DNA from: Planctomycetota bacterium
Lineage (GTDB): Bacteria > Planctomycetota > UBA1135 > GCA-002686595
Length of the DNA: 64,000 bases
NCBI GenBank assembly: GCA_016872795.1
Contig: VGYZ01000007.1
Span: 5,687-69,686, forward strand
Direction: 5' to 3'
In this document: one piece after another, positions 1-11,754 of the stretch
Layout: each line of letters begins with the position of its first letter
Position numbering within the stretch: position 1 is the first letter of the stretch
Program-made: the position numbers and the translations under genes
Notes under the pieces: generated by a model
Seen by the model: only the letters and a program-made list of their open reading frames with translations
What the model was told of the DNA's origin: nothing
Databases searched by the model: none

Positions 1-511
1 TCGGATCGGCGGTATAGACGCCGTCGACCTTGGTGCCCTTCAAGAGCACATCGCACCCGAGCTCGCGCGCGCGCAGAGCGGCGGCGGTGTCCGTCGAGAA
101 GAACGGGTTGCCAGTACCCGCGGCGAGGATCACGAGACGATCCTTGGCGAGGTGCGCCAACGCGCGCCGACGCACGAACGGCTCGGCCACTTTGGCGATC
201 TCGATGGCGGTCATCACGCGCGTCTCGACGCCGGCCTGCTCGACCGCGTCCGAGAGCGCCAGCGCGTTGATCACGGTGCCGAGCATCCCCATGTAGTCCG
301 CGCTCGCGCGCAGGGTTCCCTTGGCGGCCACCTTGGCGCCGCGCAGGATGTTGCCCCCACCGACGACCACAGCGGTCTCGACGCCCATGCGCGAAACCGC
401 CGCGATCTGACGCGCGATCGTGTGCACGGCGTCGGGATCGAGGCCTCGACCGGTGCCCCGGTCGGCGAAGGCTTCGCCCGAAACCTTGAGCAGGATGCGC
501 TGGTAGCTCAA
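1..511 (-). CDS. pyrH: UMP kinase (partial, 3' end beyond window start)
   Basis: Reverse-strand translation from TTG at 511 reads [15 protein letters not shown]...[10 protein letters not shown]...[13 protein letters not shown]...[12 protein letters not shown]. These are typical UMP kinase motifs. The gene completes the rpsB-tsf-pyrH synteny. It is absent from the ORF track because it runs off the window edge. Confidence 0.9.
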   Translation of the reverse strand, partial: MSYQRILLKVSGEAFADRGTGRGLDPDAVHTIARQIAAVSRMGVETAVVVGGGNILRGAKVAAKGTLRASADYMGMLGTVINALALSDAVEQAGVETRVMTAIEIAKVAEPFVRRRALAHLAKDRLVILAAGTGNPFFSTDTAAALRARELGCDVLLKGTKVDGVYTADP

Positions 512-524
512 CGCGCCGCTCCGT

Positions 525-1373
525 TCACGCGTTGAGCGCGAACAGCGCGAAGCGCTCGATCTTGGCGTCGGCACCGAGCGCCTCGGCGAGCTTCTTCTTC
601 ACGGTGGTGGCGTTGTCCAGATACCACGGCTGCTCCTCGAGCGCGATCGTACCGTAGAACTTGTTGATCTTGCCGTTGACGATGCCCTCGCGCTTGTCGG
701 CCGGCTTGGCGAGCACTTCCTCGCTCTCCATGTAGACGCTGCGCTCGCGCTCGATCACCGCGGCGGGGATCTGCTCGCGGCTCACGGCCACCGGGCGGGC
801 GAACACGATGTGCTGGCCGAGCTTGTTCAGGAACTCCGCCACCTTGGCCGCGTCCGCTCCCGTCGAGACCGAGGCGAAGCCGCCGATCTTCTGATCGAAG
901 TGGATGTAGCCACCGACGAAGCCCTTGGCGTTCTCCATGAACGCGACATGCGGCACTTCGCAGTTCTCGCCGCACTTGGCGGTCAGGCCCTTGACCACAT
1001 CGCTCACGACCGTACCGCCCATGTTCGAGGCGAGCAGGTCCGCGGCCGAGCCGACGCGGTGGTCGAAGGCGTGCTGCGCGAGCTTGCCGAGCAGGCCCGA
1101 GAAGTCCTCGGTCGGCGGCACGAAGTCCGTCTCGCAGGTCATCATCACCACCGCGGCCTTGCGGCCATCGGGCGAGCGCACGGCACCGACGCGACCGGCG
1201 CCGGCCTTGCGGCCCGCGCGCTTGTCGGCGTTCTTGAGGCCGCTCTTGCGCAGGTTGTCGATGGCGACCTCGATGTCGCCGGCGGCGGCCTCGAGGGCGC
1301 GCTTGCACTCCATCAGACCCGCGCCGGTGCGCTCGCGCAGGTCCGAAACCATCTTGGCACTGATCGTCGTCAT
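525..1373 (-). CDS. tsf: Translation elongation factor Ts
   Basis: 282-aa ORF with N-terminus [27 protein letters not shown] (UBA-like EF-Ts N-domain). It lies directly downstream of rpsB. Confidence 0.93.
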   Translation of the reverse strand: MTTISAKMVSDLRERTGAGLMECKRALEAAAGDIEVAIDNLRKSGLKNADKRAGRKAGAGRVGAVRSPDGRKAAVVMMTCETDFVPPTEDFSGLLGKLAQHAFDHRVGSAADLLASNMGGTVVSDVVKGLTAKCGENCEVPHVAFMENAKGFVGGYIHFDQKIGGFASVSTGADAAKVAEFLNKLGQHIVFARPVAVSREQIPAAVIERERSVYMESEEVLAKPADKREGIVNGKINKFYGTIALEEQPWYLDNATTVKKKLAEALGADAKIERFALFALNA

Positions 1374-1579
1374 GGGAACTGTCGCTTCGTCGTGTCCGGA
1401 AGGGATCGCTCTGGGGGTGGGGTCCAGCGCGACCGGCGTGTGGCTTGCAGGTTCGTGGGGAGGGCGGAGTCCGCGCGGCGCGCCGCTCGGGAGACTTGCG
1501 TCCGAAGTCTATCGGTCGAGTCCCGCGCCGAGCGCTCGAGGCACCCCGCGCGGGACGCTGAATACAGGTCGCGCTGCGC

Positions 1580-2434
1580 TCAGGCGCCCGCTTCGGGGGC
1601 CGGGGCGGCCGCCTCGCTGGCAACGACGGCGGGAACGCCACTGCGGCGCGCGCGCAGGTCCGCGGCGCGGTTGCCGCGCGTCGGACGCGGCTCGTCGCCG
1701 ACCGGAGCCTGTTCACCGCGCTCGCCACCGGTGCTGGCGGTCTGCTCGCGGCGGTTGGCGCAGCCTTCCTCGACGGCCGTCGCGAGACGGTCGATGAGCA
1801 GGCGCACGCTCTTCAGCGCGTCGTCGTTGCCCGGGATCACGATGTCGACCATGCTCGGGTCGCAGTCGGTGTCGAGCAGGCCGACCACGGGTACGCCGAG
1901 ACGGCGCGCTTCCTTGATGGCGTTGATCTCGCGCGCGGGGTCGATCACGATCATGGCGCCGGGGATCTCGGTCATCTCGCGGATGCCGCCGAGGTTGCGC
2001 TCGATCTTCTTCTTCTCGCGGCGCAGCGTGGAGGCCATCTTCTTGGACTCGATCTCGATCGTGCCCGAGTCTTCCATGCCCTCGAGCTCTTCGAGGCGGC
2101 GGAGACGGCTGCGGATGACCGAGAAGTTCGTGAGGGTGCCACCGATCCAGCGCTCGGTCACGACGGGCATGCCCGTGCGCTGTCCGGCGTCCTGGATCAC
2201 GCCCTTGACCTGGCGCTTGGTGCCGACGAACAGGATCTGCGACCCTTCGGCGGCGATGTGGTAGAGGAAGTTCTGCGCCCGCAGGAGGCCCCGGAGGGTC
2301 TCGCGCAGGTCCATGATGTGAATCAGGTTGCGACGGCCGTAGATGTACGGCGCCATCTTCGGATTCCACCGCGACGCGCGGCATCCGAAGTGCACACCCG
2401 CTTCGATGAGTTGCTGGACCGAGACGGTTTCCAT
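1580..2434 (-). CDS. rpsB: 30S ribosomal protein S2, with an Ala/Pro/Arg-rich C-terminal extension of about 50 aa
   Basis: The ORF reads METVSVQQLIEAGVHFGCRASRWNPKMAPYIYG...GTLTNF...LLDTDCDP, which are canonical uS2 motifs. Confidence 0.95.
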   Translation of the reverse strand: METVSVQQLIEAGVHFGCRASRWNPKMAPYIYGRRNLIHIMDLRETLRGLLRAQNFLYHIAAEGSQILFVGTKRQVKGVIQDAGQRTGMPVVTERWIGGTLTNFSVIRSRLRRLEELEGMEDSGTIEIESKKMASTLRREKKKIERNLGGIREMTEIPGAMIVIDPAREINAIKEARRLGVPVVGLLDTDCDPSMVDIVIPGNDDALKSVRLLIDRLATAVEEGCANRREQTASTGGERGEQAPVGDEPRPTRGNRAADLRARRSGVPAVVASEAAAPAPEAGA

Positions 2435-2767
2435 AGAGATCGAAGGTGACGGGAGTCGAGGGGACGGCGAGGGCGCTACGAGCGGCCCGTGCCGAGTCCG
2501 TTGGGGACCGGGATGAAAGGGAGGCCTTGGCTTGAGCCGCGCGCCGGGCGGGCCGCGTGACTCCCCCTGCGAGACATTCGAGGGGCCGAGAAGTGTAGCG
2601 AGCGTGCCCCGGGAGTCAAACCACCCCGAGCGCGAGCGCCGCCCGTACAGGCGCCGAGGGCGGCGCGGGAAGCGGCGCTTGTGCCTGCTTGCGATATCCT
2701 AAATCCGGCGGGATGGCTCATACTAGAATGGGCGCAGCGGCCCTCCCCCGCGCGCCCGCCACGAGCC

Positions 2768-3808
2768 GTGACCGATCCTTCCCCTAGCGTGCCCGCCGAC
2801 GGCGGTCGCAGCGAGCCTGCGCCGCGCGAGCGTCCCCACGAGCATGTCCTCGTCAGTCGTGCCGGGGTGACGGTGCTCGTCTGCGACCACCGCGGCGAGG
2901 GCACTCTGGCGCGCTCGCGGCTGCTCGGACAGCTCGGCTACTCCGTGCTGGTCTCGGCCAGCGTGCGCCGCTCGCTCGAGATGCTCGCCCACTCGCCGCC
3001 GACGCTCGTCTTGCTCGACTCCCTCGCCGGGCTGGGCCAAGCCGAGTTCGAGGTGATCGACCGCGGGCGCCGCGCCGACGGTCGCACGGGCCTGCTCGCC
3101 GTCGTGGCCGACGATGGGCCGACCATGGGCCTGCTGGCCGCCGTGCGCGGCGAGCGCCACGGCCCGATCGACCTCGTGCACCGCGGAGCGAGCGATGACG
3201 AGCTCGCGGTGCGCGTGGAGATGCTCTTGCGTCGCATCGAGACGCGCAGCGAGCTCGAACGCCTGCAGCACCTCGCGACGCACGACGACCGCACCGACCT
3301 GCTGCGCCCGCAGGTGTTCCAAGATCAGCTGCGCCAGCACTTCTCGGCGGCCCAGCGCCACCATCTCGATCTGGGGTTGCTGCTCCTCGACCTCGACGAC
3401 TTCGGGCGCATCAACAAGCTCCACGACCACACGGTGGGCGACGAGGTGATCGCGCGCGTCGGCGCGGCCGTGCGGCGCTCGCTGCGCGCCGAGGATGTGG
3501 CGGCGCGTCTGGGCGGCGACGAGTTCTGTGTGCTGCTGCCCTACACGCGCAAGGTCGACGCCGCGCGCGTCGTGCAGCGCCTGCTCGAGCAGATTCCCGA
3601 GGCCACCAGCGAGCTGAAGGTGGATCCGCCGCTGGTGGTGACCGCGAGCTTGGGCTTCGAGACCTTCAACGGCGAGGACATCGAGAGCGAGGGTCACATG
3701 CGCCAGCACGCCGAGGAAGCCCTGCGCCACGCCAAGCGCTCGGGCGGCGATCGCGGCGTGTACTACCGCAGCCTCGACTCCGCCCTGCGCGCGGCGCGCG
3801 GCGCCTAG
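2768..3808 (+). CDS. Receiver-like domain + GGDEF diguanylate cyclase
   Basis: The GGDEF motif is RLGGDEFCVLLPY, with upstream ATHDDRTDLL...RINKLHDHTVGDEV. The N-terminal VTVLVCDHRG...LVLLDS looks REC-like. Start is uncertain. The track ORF starts at ATG 2681, but its first 25 codons are AT-rich and atypical for this genome. I therefore prefer GTG 2768. Confidence 0.8.
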   Translation: MTDPSPSVPADGGRSEPAPRERPHEHVLVSRAGVTVLVCDHRGEGTLARSRLLGQLGYSVLVSASVRRSLEMLAHSPPTLVLLDSLAGLGQAEFEVIDRGRRADGRTGLLAVVADDGPTMGLLAAVRGERHGPIDLVHRGASDDELAVRVEMLLRRIETRSELERLQHLATHDDRTDLLRPQVFQDQLRQHFSAAQRHHLDLGLLLLDLDDFGRINKLHDHTVGDEVIARVGAAVRRSLRAEDVAARLGGDEFCVLLPYTRKVDAARVVQRLLEQIPEATSELKVDPPLVVTASLGFETFNGEDIESEGHMRQHAEEALRHAKRSGGDRGVYYRSLDSALRAARGA

Positions 3809-3839
3809 AAACCGCGAAAACCCGCGGTTTTGGCGCGTT

Positions 3840-5039
3840 TCAGCGCACCAGCAGCATGCGCAGCCAGTCCGCGCGGTCGGCGACGAACGAGCGCTCGTCC
3901 ATGTCGACCACCAGCGCGAGGCGGCGCACGCCCCGCAGATCGAGGGGCGGCAGGGTGAGCGGAGCCTCGCCGCCGCGCACGCGCCCGCTGCGCCACACCG
4001 GCTCGCCCGCGCCGTCGAGCAGGATCGAGAACTCGACCGAGCCGCGGTAGGCGAGCAGGCGCACCGAGTCGTCGATCGCGACCGCGCCGCGCAGGCTGTG
4101 CCAGCTGCCGTCGAGTTCGTACTCGAGGCGCGAGGGCGCGTGCACGCCGAGTCCGCGCGACCACATGCGACCATTGGCGGACAGCGGCGTGTCCGTCACC
4201 GATCGATCGCGCCGCCAAGGCCAGCGCATGCCGAGTTCGCCGCCTTCTTCCCAGCCTTCGCGCACGAGCGCGGGTTCGAGCGCGGAAAGAAACGCCGCGC
4301 TGCCGTCGCCGACCGTCACCTCGCGCACCGCCGCGCTCGGCAGCACGAGCGTGCGCTCGGAGTCGAGCGCCAGCGTGAGTCCGGCCCCGTCCCAGCGCAC
4401 GAGTCCGCCGGCGAGGCGGCCGCCATCGGCGAGGTCGAGCAACACGGCGCCCTCCGGCAGCGCCCGCGGATCCTCGAGCGGCTCGACGAACAGCGCCGCG
4501 ACCTCCGCCCACGGGAAGGTGCGCGCACCGAGCACGCTGTCGAAGCGCACGCCCTCGGCGACGAAACCCTCGAGCGTGCCGTCGAGCGTGTCGAAGCCCG
4601 TCGGTCGCACCCAATAGAGTCGATCGCCGCGCGCGGGTGCGGAGCAGGCGGCGGTGGCGTGGCGCGGAAACTCCAGCGCGAGCAGCTCGCTCACATCGAG
4701 GGTGAGCGCGACGCCGCCCGCGAGCTCGAGCGCGAGCCGATCGCCCTCCCCGCCCACGACCGCCGCCACCAGCCGGTCGCCGCCGACGAGCGCCACATTG
4801 GCGCGCGCGGAGGAGTGCGCCACGGCCGGCAGCTCGCTCGCGCCCTCGACACGCACCGAGATCGCCGCAGCCGCGTCGAGGGAGGCGAGTTCGAAGCCCT
4901 CGAGGGAGCGCGAGGTGAGGCTGCCGTCGCGTCCCTCGATCCAGACCTGGCCGAGCTCGCCGCTCGTGCGGCCCCGAGCGAGCAGCGGGAGCAGGCAGGC
5001 GCACAGCGGCAGGGTCCACAGGAGGCGTCGGCGGGCCAT
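3840..5039 (-). CDS. Secreted protein with C-terminal NPCBM-like (carbohydrate-binding) domain
   Basis: N-terminal signal-like MARRRLLWTLPLCACLLPLLA. The C-terminus GLGVHAPSRLEYELDG...FSILLDG...VDMDERSFVADRADWLRMLLV resembles NPCBM/NEW2 modules. Confidence 0.65.
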   Translation of the reverse strand: MARRRLLWTLPLCACLLPLLARGRTSGELGQVWIEGRDGSLTSRSLEGFELASLDAAAAISVRVEGASELPAVAHSSARANVALVGGDRLVAAVVGGEGDRLALELAGGVALTLDVSELLALEFPRHATAACSAPARGDRLYWVRPTGFDTLDGTLEGFVAEGVRFDSVLGARTFPWAEVAALFVEPLEDPRALPEGAVLLDLADGGRLAGGLVRWDGAGLTLALDSERTLVLPSAAVREVTVGDGSAAFLSALEPALVREGWEEGGELGMRWPWRRDRSVTDTPLSANGRMWSRGLGVHAPSRLEYELDGSWHSLRGAVAIDDSVRLLAYRGSVEFSILLDGAGEPVWRSGRVRGGEAPLTLPPLDLRGVRRLALVVDMDERSFVADRADWLRMLLVR

Positions 5040-5085
5040 GACGGGGATCCTACGCCGCGCCCGCGCGAGTGCGAGGGCCCGCGTA

Positions 5086-5140
5086 CTGCCAGCTTGGCAG
5101 ACACCCCCGCGCCACCCTTCCGCCGCTGCCAGAACGGCAG
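5086..5140. promoter_or_regulatory. Pair of identical-half-site inverted repeats (candidate operator pair)
   Basis: CTGCC-AGCTT-GGCAG lies at 5086-5100 and CTGCC-AGAAC-GGCAG at 5126-5140, with centres exactly 40 bp apart. Both sit in the divergent intergenic region between the NPCBM gene (start 5039) and groEL-1 (start 5398). Confidence 0.4.
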
Positions 5141-5397
5141 AAAAATCCTCTCACTGCCCGCGGGGAGCGCCCTGCGGATGCTGCGGCACCGTTCTTGCAG
5201 GGCTCGACCGTGATCCCGCTCGGGCGGCTCGCCGTGGCGACCGCCAGAGGGCTCGCGGCGTTCCCAGCGGCGCGTCCGACGCCTCGCCGAGCCCCGCTCA
5301 TTCCCGTCCCCCCATTCTCCCGACACCCCGCTCTCCAACAGCTCCTTTGGCCCGACCTCCGGGCCCGAGCACGAGCGACGACAGAAGGTCCCCTTCC

Positions 5398-8759
<3,362 letters not shown>

Positions 8760-8776
8760 GGACCGCCGCGCATACC

Positions 8777-8815
8777 GTGCCCCGGCGGAGCGCAGGCCGC
8801 GCTGCGCCGGGGCAC
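8777..8815 (+). terminator. GC-rich hairpin between groEL-2 and dnaJ (terminator or attenuator candidate, no U-tract)
   Basis: A perfect 11-bp inverted repeat: GTGCCCCGGCG (8777-8787) pairs with CGCCGGGGCAC (8805-8815) around a 17-nt loop. Confidence 0.45.
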
Positions 8816-8856
8816 GCTCCCATCCACGCACTGCCTTCCTCCGACACGCGACCAAC

Positions 8857-9978
8857 ATGAGCGACAAGCGCGACTTCTACGAGGTGCTCGGTGTCGAGCG
8901 CGGCGCCAGCGAAGAAGAGATCAAGAAGTCCTACCGCAAGCTCGCGCTCAAGTACCACCCCGACCGCAATCCGGGCGACAAGGGCGCCGAGGCGAAGTTC
9001 AAGGAAGCGGCCGAGGCCTACGATGTTCTCGGCGACGCGCAGAAGCGTCGCCAGTACGACCAGTTCGGTCACCGCGCCTTCGAGGGCGGCGCCGGAGGTG
9101 GACCGCGCTTCCACAACATGGAGGACATCTTCTCGGCCTTCGGGGACATCCTCGGCGGGCAGATGTTCGGCGACCTGTTCGGGGCGCAGCGCCGCCGCAG
9201 CGGCGGTCCGCAGTCGGGCCGCGACCTCAAGATCGTGCTCGACCTCTCGCTCGAGGAGATCGACTCCGGCGTCGAGCGCACGATCGTCATCAAGCGCGAG
9301 GATCACTGCGGCGGCTGCAAGGGCAGCGGCGCGAAGCCCGGTACGTCGCGCAAGACCTGCGAGGCTTGCGGCGGCCGCGGTCAAGTGAGCCGCACGCAGG
9401 GCTTCTTCGCCATGGTCACGCCCTGCCCCAGCTGCTCGGGCACGGGCACGCGCATCGAGTCGGCCTGCGCGCAGTGCCGCGGCTCGGGCCGCGAGAGCGT
9501 GCGCGCCGACGTGAAGATCCAGATCCCCGCGGGCGTCGAGGAGGGCATGCGCCTGCGCATCAGTGAGCAAGGCGACGCCGGAGACCCCGGTGCGCCGCGC
9601 GGCGACTTGCACTGCGTGATCCGCGAGGCCGAGCACAAGATCTTCCAGCGCAGCGGCGCCGATGTGATCACGGAGATTCCCGTCTCGTTCGCGCAGATGT
9701 CGCTGGGCGACACGGTGGAGATTCCCACCCTGCGCGGGCGGGCCGAGATGACGATTCCCGCCGGCACCCAGAGCGGCAAGATCCTGCGCCTGCGCGGGCA
9801 GGGCTTGCCGGTGCTCGACGGACGCGGTCGCGGCGACCAGCACGTGCGCCTGTTCGTCGAGGTGCCGAAGAAGCTCTCCGACCGCCAGAAGGAGCTCCTC
9901 AAGGAGTTCGCCGAACTCGACAAGAAGAGCTCGGGCAACGCGTCCTTCTTCGACAAGATCGTGGGCTACTTCAGCTGA
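8857..9978 (+). CDS. dnaJ: Molecular chaperone DnaJ
   Basis: J-domain DFYEVLGV...[16 protein letters not shown], followed by a G/F-rich linker and four CxxCxGxG zinc motifs ([32 protein letters not shown]). Confidence 0.96.
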   Translation: MSDKRDFYEVLGVERGASEEEIKKSYRKLALKYHPDRNPGDKGAEAKFKEAAEAYDVLGDAQKRRQYDQFGHRAFEGGAGGGPRFHNMEDIFSAFGDILGGQMFGDLFGAQRRRSGGPQSGRDLKIVLDLSLEEIDSGVERTIVIKREDHCGGCKGSGAKPGTSRKTCEACGGRGQVSRTQGFFAMVTPCPSCSGTGTRIESACAQCRGSGRESVRADVKIQIPAGVEEGMRLRISEQGDAGDPGAPRGDLHCVIREAEHKIFQRSGADVITEIPVSFAQMSLGDTVEIPTLRGRAEMTIPAGTQSGKILRLRGQGLPVLDGRGRGDQHVRLFVEVPKKLSDRQKELLKEFAELDKKSSGNASFFDKIVGYFS

Positions 9979-9993
9979 GAGCTGCGTGACATC

Positions 9994-10527
9994 ATGAGCG
10001 AAGCCGAACCGAACACCGGAACCGACGCCGTGCCCGAGACCGACCGCCTGCGGGCGGAGCGCGACGACCTGCTCGCACAACTCGCGCGCGCGCGGGCCGA
10101 CTACCAGAACCTCCGCAAGCGCACGCAGATCGACATCGACAACAGCGTGCGCCGCTCGCTCGAAGGACTGCTGCAAGGGCTGCTGGTCCTGCTCGACAAC
10201 CTCGATTTCGCCCTCGCCGCGGCGGTCGAGAGCGAAGACGGCAAGGCGCTGGCGAAGGGCGTGGCGCTCACCCGGCTCTCCTTCGAGCAAGTGCTCGCGC
10301 AGGAGAATGTGCAGCCGATCGCGGAGACGCGCGAGTTCGACCCCAAGCTGCACGAGGCGGTCGCGCTGGTGGCGAGCGAGAAGCATGCGGCGGGCGAGAT
10401 CGTGGCGACGCTGCGCCGCGGCTGGACTTGGCGCGGTCAGGTGCTGCGCGCCGCGCAAGTACAAGTCGCGAGCGCGCCGGCCGCGAACGAAAGTTCAACC
10501 GCTCAGGCCGAGCCCGAGACAAACTAG
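9994..10527 (+). CDS. grpE: Nucleotide exchange factor GrpE
   Basis: 177 aa reading ...LLAQLARARADYQNLRKRTQ...FDPKLHEAVA..., a GrpE-type coiled-coil plus beta-domain motif. It lies directly downstream of dnaJ. Confidence 0.88.
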   Translation: MSEAEPNTGTDAVPETDRLRAERDDLLAQLARARADYQNLRKRTQIDIDNSVRRSLEGLLQGLLVLLDNLDFALAAAVESEDGKALAKGVALTRLSFEQVLAQENVQPIAETREFDPKLHEAVALVASEKHAAGEIVATLRRGWTWRGQVLRAAQVQVASAPAANESSTAQAEPETN

Positions 10528-10536
10528 AACTCCACC

Positions 10537-10818
10537 ATGCCGACCTACGACTACAAGTGTGCTGCCTGCGCTCACGCGGTCGAGTACTTCCAGTCGATGA
10601 GCGCGGCGCCGAGGAAGAAGTGCCCCGAGTGTGGCAAGTCGAAGCTGGTGCGCCAGCTCGGCACGGGTGCCGGAGTGCTCTTCAAGGGCTCGGGCTTCTA
10701 CCAGACCGACTATCGCTCGGACTCCTACAAGAAGTCCGCCAGCGCCGACTCGTCCTCGGGCTCCTGCACCGGGGACTCCAAGTCGTGCGCCGCCAAGGGC
10801 GGACCCTGCGCGGGCTAG
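10537..10818 (+). CDS. FmdB-family zinc-ribbon protein
   Basis: The ORF reads MPTYDYKCAACAHAVEYFQSMS...KKCPECG...FKGSGFYQTDY, the typical FmdB/CxxC-CxxC zinc ribbon. Confidence 0.85.
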   Translation: MPTYDYKCAACAHAVEYFQSMSAAPRKKCPECGKSKLVRQLGTGAGVLFKGSGFYQTDYRSDSYKKSASADSSSGSCTGDSKSCAAKGGPCAG

Positions 10819-10837
10819 CAGCTGCTCGCTGGCACGA

Positions 10838-10860
10838 CGCGCGCGAGGTCTTCGCGCGCG
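10838..10860. terminator. Hairpin between convergent fmdB-like and HAD genes (bidirectional terminator candidate)
   Basis: CGCGCGCGA-ggtct-TCGCGCGCG, a 9-bp perfect stem with a 5-nt loop. Confidence 0.45.
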
Positions 10861-10867
10861 AACCTCC

Positions 10868-11710
10868 TCAGGCTTGGAGGAAGAGTTCCGTGACCAACTC
10901 GCCGATCGTCCCGCTGTCGCAGGTGCCGAGTACCCGGTCGGCCACCGCGAGCGCCTCGGGATAGGCGTTGCCCATGGCGCAGCCCAGTCCCGCCTGCGTC
11001 AGCATGGGGACATCGTTGCCTGCGTCGCCGATGGCGACCACGCGCTCGGGCGCAATGGCGTGCTCGTCGAGGAGCCAGCGCAGCGCCTCGGCCTTGCCTC
11101 GACAGGGCGGGTGCACATCGCACACCAGCAGCTTGCTGTCGCGGTGGTGCGGCAGGCAGTTGAGCGGGAAGTGCGTGATGTACATCGGCTGGCTCACCGC
11201 GCTCTCGAGCTCCGCCGCGACATCGTCGCTGCGCGCGTGCGTGTCGGAGAAGAATGTCACGCGCATCGCGCGCAGCCGCTGCATGCGCTCGGGCTCGACA
11301 TACTCGACGGCCGTCATGTCGCGCAGCGCGCTCCACTCGGCGTCGTTGCGCGGCGAGGTCGCGTACTTGATGCCCTCGCACATGGCGACGGTCATGAGAC
11401 CGCGCTCGAGCCCAAAGCGCACCAGCCGCGCCAGCGTGCGCTCGGAGAGCACGCGTTCCTCGATCAGGCGGCGCTTCGACGGGCACCACAGCGCGGCGCC
11501 GTTGAACACCACCGCCGGATTCACGATGCCGAGCTGCTCGACCACGGGAATGGTCGCGAGCTCGGAGCGGCCGGTCGCGATCATCACGCGCACGCCTTGA
11601 AGGGACGCCGCGCGCAGCGCCGCGAGCGTGTGCGGATGGATGCGATCAGACTCGTCGACGAGGGTGCCGTCGAGATCGAGCAGGATCGCGTCGTAGCTCC
11701 GGGAGCTCAT
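10868..11710 (-). CDS. HAD-superfamily hydrolase, Cof-like
   Basis: Motif I ILLDLDGTLVD, motif ATGRS, and C-terminal GDAGNDVPML. Confidence 0.85.
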   Translation of the reverse strand: MSSRSYDAILLDLDGTLVDESDRIHPHTLAALRAASLQGVRVMIATGRSELATIPVVEQLGIVNPAVVFNGAALWCPSKRRLIEERVLSERTLARLVRFGLERGLMTVAMCEGIKYATSPRNDAEWSALRDMTAVEYVEPERMQRLRAMRVTFFSDTHARSDDVAAELESAVSQPMYITHFPLNCLPHHRDSKLLVCDVHPPCRGKAEALRWLLDEHAIAPERVVAIGDAGNDVPMLTQAGLGCAMGNAYPEALAVADRVLGTCDSGTIGELVTELFLQA

Positions 11711-11754
11711 GGGCGGGAGAGGCTAGTCGTCGCCCACCCGCCGCGCCACGACCG

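Noticed and set aside
2681-2767. ATG at 2681 as the start of the GGDEF gene, and the AT-rich patch TTGCGATATCCTAAATCC...CATACTAGAATG as a defined promoter
   Set aside because: The first 29 codons use AT-rich codons (ata, cta, aat) that are atypical here, so this stretch is more likely non-coding leader or promoter DNA. I could not place a convincing -35/-10 pair with proper spacing on either strand, so no promoter feature is claimed.
5040-5397. CIRCE, HAIR or sigma-32-type heat-shock promoter upstream of groEL-1, and a missing groES ORF
   Set aside because: There is no TTAGCACTC-N9-GAGTGCTAA or CTTGAGT-N7-ACTCAAG. The best sigma-32-like match (CTTGCA-N14-TCCCGCTC near 5193) is too weak to claim. 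No frame in the gap gives a GroES-like peptide.
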